A stretch of DNA of 63,454 nucleotides, the filler included, from Octopus bimaculoides (lineage: Eukaryota), in the NCBI RefSeq assembly GCF_001194135.2. It is 4 parts of 4 records of this genome, joined end to end, with 100 filler letters (N's around TTAATTAATTAA, not from the genome) between each part and the next. Parts side by side here need not be neighbours in the genome. Positions count along the whole stretch, not along the records: positions 27,784 to 51,477 come from NC_069007.1; positions 51,578 to 58,134 come from NC_068986.1; positions 58,235 to 63,454 come from NC_068995.1; 1 more part is not named here. One strand, written 5' to 3'. Shown here in pieces: positions 50,136-61,295 of the stretch. The first letter of the stretch is position 1. Every line of letters starts with the position of its first letter. The notes beneath the pieces are model-generated. The model was given only the letters and a program-made list of their open reading frames with translations. It was not told the DNA's origin and did not search any database. A program made the position numbers and the translations under genes.

Positions 50136-50900
50136 ATTATTATTGTTATTATTATTAGTAGTAGTAGTAGTATATGCGTGTGTGTGTATGTGTGTCCCCT
50201 CTTCAAGTACAGTGCTGGCCCAGTACATTGCTGTCCCCATGAACTGCCAACAAGACCAATGCATATACAGTCCAGGGTAGAATATTCCTTAAAATCAAAG
50301 CATGGGACCCTCAACTATGGACGTGTGTCTGCTCAACAGAGTCCCACAACATCAGTTGTAATATTACCATCATTTACAGGAATGTGTAGTCTTGAAGCTG
50401 TGGAACCTACTTACAGCTAGGTAGACTGAGCCAGTTAAGAATGAAGGTATTCTGCACCAAAGTCACAATTGCAATGTATAATGACAGTCTTTGGATTAGA
50501 ACCTGTAATCTCTTCCTTCACCACCCCTCTTTATCTTATCAACTCGTTTCTCTGCTGCGGTTCTCAATGCAGATATTATATCTATATATAATCAATACCT
50601 TAACTAACCTTGCCATAACAGACCAATCAGTTACCATTCAGGTATCGATTTCTGAGAAGCAAAGCAATACACCACTGAGAACATAGCAAACATCAGGTGG
50701 GGAGGGAAGGTGGCCGGTGGGGAAGGAGCTGGGAGGTGGAGACCGTTGTTGGGCCTCCTTATGAAATTCAATGGTCTTTGGGAGAGGCATAAACACCACT
50801 ACCACACACCATTAATTCCTAGATGAGCCACCAAATAGTCCTTTCCCTGGTGGTCAATCCTGCTAAAATCAGCCACTCCCCTGCCACCAATATCCCTCAA

Positions 50901-50953
<53 letters not shown>

Positions 50954-50964
50954 AAATAATAATA

Positions 50965-51120
50965 ATCCTTTCTACTATAGGCACTAGGCCTGAAATTTTG
51001 GGAGAGGACACTAGTCAATTATATTGACTTCAGTGTTTCACTGGTACTTAATTTATTGACCCCTGAAAGGATGAAAGCTAAAGTCGACCTTGGCAGATTT
51101 TGAACTCAGAACACAGCAAA
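50965..51120 (-). mobile_element. SINE family B fragment between (AAT)n tracts
   Basis: tcctttctactataggcactaggcctgaaatttt...gaaaggatgaaagctaaagtcgaccttggcag. Confidence 0.85.
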
Positions 51121-51128
51121 AGGTGAAA

Positions 51129-51164
<36 letters not shown>

Positions 51165-51165
51165 G

Positions 51166-51400
51166 ATAAATTTCAATGAGTATTACTTACTCGGATATAG
51201 TCCAACCCTTTGTCAGCTATTTTTTGTATATGGTGTTTGGGTTTGGGGATGGTCTGTATTTTGATGTAACACATGTGTTTACGATCGCTGTTCGGGTAGT
51301 GGAGGTATCAAGTTAAAATACATCATTATATTTGGAAAAATAGGAATAAATTTCAATGAGTATTACTTACTCGGGTATAGTCCAACCCTTTGTCAGCTAT
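51166..51400. repeat. 55-bp direct repeat pair with a 180-bp period
   Basis: ataaatttcaatgagtattacttactcgg(a/g)tatagtccaaccctttgtcagctat at 51166-51220 and 51346-51400, with one mismatch. Confidence 0.9.
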
Positions 51401-51577
51401 ATTTGGGCTCCATGCGATGTCTTTATTTCCGATGTTTTTGGATAAGTTTCGGAGCAGTGATTTATCGTACTCACATGNNNNNNNNNNNNNNNNNNNNNNN
51501 NNNNNNNNNNNNNNNNNNNNNTTAATTAATTAANNNNNNNNNNNNNNNNNNNNNNNNNNNNNNNNNNNNNNNNNNNN

Positions 51578-51637
<60 letters not shown>

Positions 51638-52019
51638 TGCGTACATATATACACATACATATATACAGACATACACACACACATAGACATATACATATAC
51701 ACATACATACATACGCACATACATACACACATACATACATACATACATACATACATACATGCTCAATAAATACATACATACATACATACACACACGCACA
51801 TACACACACGTACGTACTTACACACATACAGACATATACACATACATACATACACACACATACATACATACACATACACACATTCACACATACATAAATA
51901 CTTACATACATACATACATACATACGTGCATACATACATGTACATGCATACACATACACCCATACATACACACATACATACATACACAAACAGACATTCG
52001 CACATACATACACTGAGTG

Positions 52020-52125
52020 TTCGCCGATCTTCACTCTCCTCTGTTGATTTAAATGGCGTCTGATATTCAGTACTTTTCTTAGGCCGGGTAAACACAAGTC
52101 GCGTATCTGCCATAGGAATTGTCAA
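52020..52125 (-). mobile_element. Possible extreme 3' end of an R4/Dong-like LINE
   Basis: Minus strand ...CTA AGA AAA GTA CTG AAT ATC reads LRKVLNI (cf. GTA.ILRKVL), followed by (TATG)n. Confidence 0.35.
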
Positions 52126-52824
52126 TCAGCGATGAAACATGTCAAGATAATCGCCACCTTCTGTGAGTAAAGAATAACGACATGTATTTATATTTAATTC
52201 CTTAGAACAGCTTTAGAGAAGGCCTAATTAATTGTTGGCTAAGTACATTAAATTTATCTCATATACATGTATACATACATATCTGCATTTACCTACATTA
52301 TATACAATATATACAAATATACAAACATAAGCGCAGCCATGTATGAGATTACATGCATTGAAACAGTGAGAAAACTCAAGAAGAATCATAGTTTTTTTGA
52401 GGTCGGTCCTTATTCTGTTTCAAGCATTAAAAAAAAGAACAAGAAAAAGAAAAAGAATGAATAAATAAAACAAATAAAAATTGTTTACGTTGTAAGAATC
52501 CCATGTGAAGTTTATTTTGTTTTGCGTTTGTTACAAGATCTTGTTTTTATCAACGAAAATCTACTGAATTCTGAAGAAACTTAAAACAAACACTATCCAA
52601 ATATAGAAACTAAATGTAATATAATACTTTCCAACTGCAACTGAACTTTACAAGAAGTGCAGATTCTCTCAACAGGGACCCTCGTAGAAGTCTTCTTGCC
52701 GAGGAAATCTTCAGATTTCTTTCATTTATCCTCTTTTATTTTCTTCATTTTTTTTTTTATTGTTGTTCTTTCAATGCTTTTCTCATAATGATAAGCTACT
52801 TTACTGCAGAAATCTTCTGGCTGT

Positions 52825-53213
52825 GTAAGGCTGCGAGCTGGCAGAATCGTTAGCGCGCCGGGCGAAATGTTTAGCAGTATTTCGTCTGCTGGTACGTTCT
52901 GAGTTCGAATTTCGTCGAGTTCGACTTTGCTTTTCATCCTTTCGGGGTCGATAAATTAAGTACCAGTTGCATATTGGAGTCAATCTAATCGACTGGCCCC
53001 CTTCCCCAAAATTTCGGCCCTTGTGCCTAACACCGGGCGAAATGCTTAGTAGTGTATAGTTTGTCTTTACCTTCTGAGTTCGAATTCCGCCGAGGTCGAC
53101 TTTGCCTTTCATCCTTTTGGAGTCGATAAATTAAGTACCAGTTGCATACTTGGGTCGATCTACTTGGCCCGCCTCCCCCAAAATTTCAGGCCTTGTGCCT
53201 AGAGTAGAGAAGA
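52825..53213 (+). mobile_element. Dimeric SINE family B with a TSD-like flank
   Basis: A full monomer (gctgcgagctggcagaatcgttagc...ccttgtgccta) is followed by a headless second monomer. TCTTCTGG occurs on both sides (~52813 and ~53216). Confidence 0.8.
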
Positions 53214-53269
53214 ATTCTTCTGGTTACATGATCACTGCTGACATTTATGCTTTATTCATGTAGCAAAGA

Positions 53270-53397
53270 CAATGGTTGTGTGGATACGAATCTCGCTTTG
53301 CAACCCTATGGCTTCGGGTTCAGTTCCACTGCGTAGCACCTTGGGTAAGTGTCTTCTGCAGCCTCCAATCGACCAATGCCTTATGAGTGAATCTGGA
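53270..53397 (+). mobile_element. SINE family A head (degenerate)
   Basis: ggttgtgtggatacgaatctcgctttgcaacc...gggttcagttccactgcgtagcaccttgggtaagtgtcttc. Confidence 0.75.
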
Positions 53398-53402
53398 ACT
53401 CC

Positions 53403-53484
53403 CATATCACGTGATTTCGGTCTGATATGCAGTGAGCAATGCTTCCTACCGAGGAGGTGTATTAGATCGAAATCACGTGATATG
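53403..53484 (+). other. 28-bp inverted repeat with a 26-nt spacer (hairpin or MITE remnant)
   Basis: CATATCACGTGATTTCGGTCTGATATGC (53403-53430) pairs with GTGTATTAGATCGAAATCACGTGATATG (53457-53484): 24 Watson-Crick and 4 G:U pairs on the + strand. Confidence 0.85.
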
Positions 53485-53823
53485 AGAATTTCGGCACCCA
53501 TGGCAGACAAATTTCATCTGCTACGGTCTATGTGTGTGCTTTTATACACCAAGTGCCTGTATGAGAGGATCTCTCAAGGCTAATAACGCCATATTCGGTG
53601 TTCTAAACAAGGTATCCATGTTAAGGTATCCGTGTCTAAACACACACTGACACGTACACATATAAAGGACCAGCTGCCATTTGCAAACGAGTTTGTCTCG
53701 GTAAAATGTACTATGCTTTCACGAATTGTTTAAGGTGCTTGGGTAGTCATGAGCAGACATAGATATTCTCTCGACCTCCTACTCTTTGATCCATCACCAT
53801 AACCAGGATGTGACAGGCGGAGA

Positions 53824-53863
<40 letters not shown>

Positions 53864-54943
53864 TACCAGAATCCCTTTTCTCCAGAATTGCAGGCGGAAT
53901 GATGTCTTCACTCATCCCCTTATGTTATAAAACTATAGCATATTAGAAGATTGTTCCTTCTGTTTGAGCTCTGAGTTCAAATCGAATCAAAGTTACAAAG
54001 CCAACATAACTTTTAGTCTTTTCGAGATCGATAAATCAAGTAACAATCAAATACTTGGGGGTGATTTGTCTCTCCCATTCTCTCTCTATCACGTTAAACT
54101 ACTGTAGTTAGGTCGTGATTTCTGACCGGGTATCCAGAGACTCGGTTTCGAATCCTCGCAACAGTATCTTCTCAAAAAAAAAAAAAAAAAAAAAAAAAAG
54201 TGTGAAACTTCTGACCGAACAAGAAACCAGGGATTATGAAAAATATTCAAGTTCAGTCCATCACAAAGCTGTTTTCAATAACAATCATGAAGTTACCAAG
54301 GCAACACAGTACTTAAAGAAAGTCTTTACTTAAAGAATGTCCGAGACTTTGCTTGGATATTCAAACTGATTAAGAACTGCACTGAGTGATATCCAATCGA
54401 TACAGCTGGAAGCTGAGGAAAAATCTTATTGGAAAATTATTGCTGTCCTTCATCTCATTTCAGCTTATGGGATGAACATTTGATGTTAGGTATCAAATGG
54501 TATTAGGACGAAGAATGGCCGTAACAGATATTGGAATTAATCTTTAAGCACCAACTTTAAGGAAAAAAGTCGGTAGTGGTTGAACGTAATAAGGTGGTAT
54601 CTGATTCTGTTTGGAATGAAACTCCTGTGTTACTCTTTGACATTGCAGATTTGTCTTTGAATTCAAAAATTCGGCGTCTTGTTTCTTTCTTTGGCATGAA
54701 TGCTCGATATCTGTAAGATAATAGTTGGAAACCTGCGCACGCACACATGTATTTAGAATAGGAATGTCTTCCTATTCTGTCCAGGGCTTATATGTCCCTT
54801 TATTAGACTATTTTCCTTAGTCATTGCACGGTGATCACCATATGCTTTAAGCTTATATAAAAATACTATTACTATTATTTACAGCATTGTAAAAACGGCG
54901 CTGTAAAGAAAACCATTCGCACCGAAAGCATATATAAGAGTAG

Positions 54944-55241
54944 TATTGTATTTGACTGGTATTGTATTTGACTGGTATACTATTTGACTGGTACTGTATT
55001 TGACTGGTATACTATTTGACTGGTACTGTATTTGACTGGTATACTATTTGACTGGTACTGTATTTGACTGGTATACTATTTGACTGGTACTGTATTTGAC
55101 TGGTATACTATTTGACTGGTACTGTATTTGACTGGTATACTATTTGACTGGTACTGTATTTGACTGGTATACTATTTGACTGGTACTGTATTTGACTGGT
55201 ATACTATTTGACTGGTACTGTATTTGACTGGTACTGTATTT
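54944..55241. repeat. Minisatellite of 18 x 16-bp units forming a 32-bp higher-order repeat
   Basis: Alternating TATACTATTTGACTGG and TACTGTATTTGACTGG. It continues directly into a degenerate SINE B (tttatcgatctcggaagg...). Confidence 0.97.
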
Positions 55242-56659
55242 TTATCGATCTCGGAAGGCTAAAAGTCATATGTGATCTCTGCAGGATTTGCTTTCAGAGT
55301 ATAAAGAGCCGAAAGGAATACCACAAAGCATTTTTTCTGATGCTCTAACAATTCTGAAGCTCAATACCTTTTTTTGGGGTTTAATAATGAATAAATTACT
55401 TCGCTGAAATTATAAAATCAACATTTGTCAATAACGATTCTTTTGTATTTTTTCTTGTAATCGATTTTGAATATGAATATTTTCTATATTTTTTGGAGTT
55501 TAAAAGGTTATTTCACGGAAACATATTCTGCAGTGAATTATGCCACTACGAAACAAAGAAAACATTCTTTTTTTGTATGTATTGGGAAAATGAAAAAAAA
55601 AAAAAAAAAAAAAAAAAANNNNNNNNNNNNNNNNNNNNNNNNNNNNNNNNNNNNNNNNNNNNNNNNNNNNNNNNNNNNNNNNNNNNNNNNNNNNNNNNNN
55701 NNNNNNNNNNNNNNNNNNNNNNNNNNNNNNNNNNNNNNNNNNNNNNNNNNNNNNNNNNNNNNNNNNNNNNNNNNNNNNNNNNNNNNNNNNNNNNNNNNNN
55801 NNNNNNNNNNNNNNNNNNNNNNNNNNNNNNNNNNNNNNNNNNNNNNNNNNNNNNNNNNNNNNNNATATATATAAAGTTCCGAAAAACTGAAATTCTGGCA
55901 AGAGAAATAAAATTAAATACAAAAAAAAAAAAAACCGAGACGGAATATGTGTATCTTGTCCAACAACTGAAATCTGCTGAAAGAAAATTTGAATGTAGAA
56001 TATTCTCTTGAACCACTTTACTAAACTGATAGCCATCCAAATCGTTGTATTCCAGCTGAAGACGATGAGAAATATAATTAGATGCGAATTCCATTCAGTA
56101 TCAACATTGAACAATTGACAGGAAGATTTTGTTTAGGTTAATAACTTCCAGAAACAGTCTTATGGAAAATCAAAATGATGTGGCAGTTATATTTTCAATA
56201 AAAATGTCAAAACTATCAGAGCATTCTTCGCTGAATTACAGGAAAGAGGAAGGAAAAACCAGACGCTTGGGGTGAAGTAATGAAAATTTTCTTTTCCCGC
56301 TTGTAACAGCCTATCTCTGTGAATCGAGATAGTTAACCCTAACAAATACCAAAAGTAGATGAAGAAACTGGTTGTAAAAGGAATATGATTTAAGATGTAA
56401 GCTTAGCAAAGAAATAACGTAGGTTGCAGTCTAATCCAAAAATGAAGTTTTTGTTTGAAATGCGTCAAAGCGGAGTATATGTAGTTTCATGTGAGGTAAG
56501 TGTAGAGATTGTTAGCATTACCGTGAAACAGGGATATTTCGGCCGCTTAGGGGGATTGCATTTTATCCAATGGTTTAACGTTTCTTCAAATTCGCACTGC
56601 CTACAGACACACACTCACACAGTCACACAGACACACAGACACAGACACAGCCACACACA

Positions 56660-56910
56660 CACATGCGCACGCGCAGACGTTTAAAGTCATATTTAACACG
56701 TTTGAGCGTAAACGGATGGGATAAGACCTTGCGCTGCAGGAAAAGACTCGAGAGAAAATTCTCCATCTGGCAGCCTTGTGTAAATATACATTCTATTTTG
56801 GTCTGTGAGTGACGTCACTGGACGAAGCAGAACAACACAGAACGACGTATGTTTTCTTAGTCGTTTTGCTTCGTCAGCTACGAAAACGAATTCAGTCACT
56901 CACAGTTCCG
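56660..56910. promoter_or_regulatory. CpG-rich promoter-like segment with a palindromic CRE and nested inverted repeats
   Basis: AGTGACGTCACT at 56808-56819, Inr-like TCAGTC at 56892-56897, NRF1-like TGCGCACGCGCA at 56664-56675. No downstream exon was identified. Confidence 0.35.
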
Positions 56911-57046
56911 CGAGAAAAGAATATTACTTGTGAAAACAGCAAAAAGAATGTCTTGTGATGTGAATACCGCTTGGTCAAGCTAGGATTAAAGAAATAATGT
57001 CGCATTGAGCAGCGTTGACTAAATATATATCCGTGTAAGGTCATGT

Positions 57047-57243
57047 TTAACCCTTTAGTACTCAAACTGGCCAGATCAAGCCCAAATAATCTATCTGTTT
57101 TATGCTCAAAGTGATCAGATCAGGCCTCTTAGACTTACCCCACAAAATCATTCCAATAACAATCTGCAAGATAATGTATGGTAAATTCAAAACAATGTGA
57201 ATAAATAAGCATTATATTTGACAGAGGAATTTTAAAGAGTTGA
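57047..57243. mobile_element. piggyBac-type MITE (second family)
   Basis: TTAACCCTTTAG at the left and a degenerate TAAAGAGTTGA at the right. Confidence 0.6.
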
Positions 57244-57942
57244 TACGTTCGAGTGTAATTGAATACGATAAGACCTTTCGCTGGTGAAATAGTCTCAAGA
57301 AAATTCTCCGCCTATATTTGTGTCCTACAATCCAATGACATCATTCACGGCTCAAAATAAAATGTGTATTTACACACGTCTAGGTTCGGGCAACAGTAAA
57401 AGAGTGTTGCGTTTTCTCCGTCCGTGTGTCGGGAGAAGATGAGGAAAAAAGAAAGCGAAGACGGAGAAAGAAGAGGAGAAGAAGGAAGAAGAGAAAGAGG
57501 GGAACAAGAAGAAATGAAAGGAAGCAGCAACTGAAAGGTGTAATAAACGCCTGAAGCAATCAGCTACGGTACCCTAAATACAATAGATGCATTCTAATTA
57601 ATTGTAACCCCAACGCTAACCCTAACCCTTCCTTATTAACCAAGTAATACTTTTATTTAGTTTTCTTGGTTTTTCTATACTGGACTAGAACATATAACAA
57701 CATCTCGTTTATTCACTGGGTCACATTGACCTGATTGCGTTCATTAGATGTGTTTGGCCTTCAATCATCATCCCCCTCTTAACCTCAAAATAAAACACTG
57801 TTTGATGTCCGTCTAAAGATATTTTATCGCCCCAACCATTGCCAACTTAATCCACTGAACAATTTGGAAAAAATCATTCTTAATTTAATTCCTTGATATC
57901 CATAAAATGATCAACATTCGCCATATTTTCTCCACGCTCTTA

Positions 57943-58134
<192 letters not shown>

Positions 58135-58559
58135 NNNNNNNNNNNNNNNNNNNNNNNNNNNNNNNNNNNNNNNNNNNNTTAATTAATTAANNNNNNNNNN
58201 NNNNNNNNNNNNNNNNNNNNNNNNNNNNNNNNNNGGGTGTACGCTTCCTCTCCCTCCTCTTCCAACTGGTAAAACATGAGCGACACAACATACTTGTACT
58301 GAATTAGTGCACGTGTGCCCATACGCAAATGTACGTACAACTTCGCGTACGCAGACGCTCAAACAGGCATTTGCATTTATACACACTTACATACAGATAC
58401 GCGCGCGCGCGCGCAAATATACATTTATACCTATAAATATATGTGTGTGTGTGTTGTGTGTGTGTATGTATGTATGTAAATAAATATATATATATACAGA
58501 TATACATATATACATGCATGTGTGAGTATGTATCCGTGTATATACATACATATACATAC

Positions 58560-58633
<74 letters not shown>

Positions 58634-59209
58634 AGTAGAAGCAATCAATGACTCAGCATATAAGCAGGTCAAAGGTCAGGACGAAGCTGTTTTAAAGTAC
58701 GAAATCCTGACAGCAACAAAATGGCCAACACTTGAAGCAGCTTCGTTATTTTTGAAGATGACATTTTCTTCATCAACACCTTGTAAAGGCAACATCCTAA
58801 ATCAGATAACTGTTTTAGTCACACACGCACGCTTACACATACACACGCGCGCGCGCACACATGCACGCACACGCGCAGCTAACGTGGTCGTGCGAACTGT
58901 TTGAAAAAGCAGATAAATCTCCCTCAAATCATAACCTACAGTCTTTAAATACGAAAGCAAGCAATGAATATGATCTTATATACACAATACCTGAATAGCT
59001 GACGGGATGTTCACCGTTGGAACGGCCTACTGAAACAGGACTTACGTAGGACTAAACAACACCAATAGTGCACGATAAATAATAGCAGTGTAGCGATTTA
59101 CTTTGATGTTTACACACCCTGTCATCCAGAGTATGTCCTTACCTTAAAGAAAAAAATTATTATATTTATCGTGGGAAAACCGTAACAAAAAATAGTAGAG
59201 CAATGGGAT

Positions 59210-60904
59210 TTAAAGTGAAACTTGATTTTGTTTTCGACTTTCTACTAGTTTGTCCAAACGTGGGTTCGTGGTGGAAGATGCAGTACGCATAAGCTAGTTA
59301 ACATGATGGTCAGTCAATCAGTTACGATATTTTGTTTTGATACCCATCAGTTTTCTCAAAACTACTTCACATACATATGTTGAACCAAACCAGAGGTATT
59401 TTTTGATGCATTAGCAATCAGTTCAGGATATTTCTCCTCTTGGGTTCGACTCCAGAAGTCAGGTAGCAGACTAACCTTAAATGCGGATGTCAAATCCACA
59501 TCTAACTCTAAGCCCAGGAGCTCCATTTGAAATTCGTCGGAGCAGTCGCCGCATCTATCTCTATAGGGGTTGAAAATATTTTCATCAAGAACAAGGTATC
59601 TTTGATGTCATCAAAACGGCGTTCAAATTCGTCAGTGAAGTCACTAATGATCCTATTGTACTTACTGTATGATCCGTTGTCCTTGTGCTCAGAGACTGAG
59701 GGAAAATGTGTCGTAGATTCACGTGCAATTTTCGTCTTCCAAAGGCGAAGCTTTGCAATGAAGGCAGACACTGTGCTGCGCAATTCACGGCAGAGCCTGT
59801 CCTTACCTCGTAGGGTGGAGTTTAAAGTCGAAAGGTGAGTAATGATATCAACTATGAAAGCCATATCAGCAATCCATTCTTTGTTGCTAAGCAGCCGGAA
59901 GATGATCTTCCCTTCAGCAAAGGCTTTGACTTCTGGGGGAAGTTTGTAGAATCTACTGAAGCAAAAGCGATAGAGTAGCAATAGAACCTGTTGGTAGAAT
60001 CTACTGAGGCAAGAGTGATAGAGAAGCAATAGAACCTATTGTCAAGAGCGATAGAATAGAAATCAAAATCCCTCAACTTACTGAGAAGCTAGTCATGTAG
60101 GTCACTAGATATCCATTTAACTTGTCGAGTTACTGTGTCATTACTGAGCTGTATTTCCTTAGTTTTTTGTTGAATGCTAGAACATTCTTCAGTGAACACA
60201 CAATAGCCTGTTTCATGATTTCATCGTCTGAATACGGCTTCACGTGACAAGCCAGAAGGTACCTAATTATGCATGATGCTATTGTTACGTCTTTACAATC
60301 ACTTACATGTTTGAAGAAATTCGTTTGCTTTGTACTCCCTGACTTTAAGAATTCCAACTTCCTTTTTCTTGATTCCCCTTGGTACCAGTCATATTCTGCA
60401 GAATGCATTTTGCAGTGTTTCACAACATTGAACGACAGTGGGTGATAATTAATGCGCCGATGAAAGAATGAAAAGTATCTGACTGAGTGGCTACTTTCTT
60501 TAGCAACGCCGGTAATCGAAGGTCATAGCACGAGCAGATCAATGATTTTCATTTACAGTTCTGCCATTGGTAATCCTAAATAACCATTTCTTGCCAGTGT
60601 GTGCGCGTGTGTGTATCTCAATGTCTATGCTAAAGTCGCAAATTCGAGTCAGTGAATGAACGATAATAGTACGATTTCAGTTGAAGACGGATATTTTATA
60701 TTTATCGATAAATTTTGATATTTATCGACAAATTTTATCGATAAATATGTTTGATATTTATCGACAAATTTTAATTTTGTTACCAGTATTTCTGAACATT
60801 TCTAAATTAGGTCTTTTTATTATACATTTTTTAAATGGCCGAAGTCTGCCGGAAGGATGCTTGAGGACCGCATACAGCCTTGAACCTGCGATTGAGAACC
60901 GCTG
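59210..60904 (-). mobile_element. Internally deleted hAT transposon (Charlie/SPIN/GTF2IRD2-like transposase relic)
   Basis: 5' TIR CAGCGGTTCTCAA ends at 60904, flanked by TTCTAGAC (60905-60912; Charlie-type NTCTAGAN). N-terminal ...ASCIIRYLLACHVKPYSDDEIMK; C-terminal WIADMAFIVDIITHLSTLNSTLRGKD...FIAKLRLW...HFP; dimerisation-domain FGSTYVCE...K.KYRN.LTD ending near 59210. The catalytic middle is missing and no 3' TIR was found. Confidence 0.88.
59946..60041. repeat. 2 x 48-bp tandem repeat at the hAT deletion junction
   Basis: gtagaatctactga(a/g)gcaa(a/g)ag(c/t)gatagag(t/a)agcaatagaacct(g/a)ttg occurs twice. Confidence 0.9.
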
Positions 60905-61295
60905 TTCTAGACAATGCCCCCATGGTACCTCTATAGTCACCAGAGGTCATACACTATAAGTGTTACAGAATCAACCTATCCTCCGACTATCGCAGTCAGA
61001 TCTAAGTGTTCTCCCCCTTCGAAACTGCCAAACCCAGCAGTAACAACATTACATACAAATTTACAACACGAACAGCTACCAGTTTAGACTAATGACAATC
61101 GACTGACCGAATGTCAGACAATACATCTCTTCCTCACAATATGCTTCATTCATAATTGCCTGAAAATCACATGTCACACAATTCTCTGAGCAACAACGTG
61201 ATAAGTCATCAGCTGATTCTTAATAAATCTAAACTTTGCAGCATGTAGTGATTACTTTTTCTTCCATCCGTAAACAAAACGCGAATACATACTTA

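Noticed and set aside
54335-54717. Protein-looking + strand frame (VRDFAWIFKL...LFDIADLSLNSKIRRLVSFFG) and overlapping minus-strand ORFs
   Set aside because: The stop density is about what AT-rich random sequence gives, and I recognised no family. A blastx would settle it.
54944-55241. CRISPR-like array
   Set aside because: There are no unique spacers: it is a pure tandem repeat in a eukaryotic genome, with no cas genes.
57430-57535. Short R/E/G-rich ORF after the promoter-like patch
   Set aside because: It is purine-rich low-complexity sequence ending in an early stop.
57606-57630. Telomere-like CTAACCCTAACCC
   Set aside because: Only two units; not meaningful.
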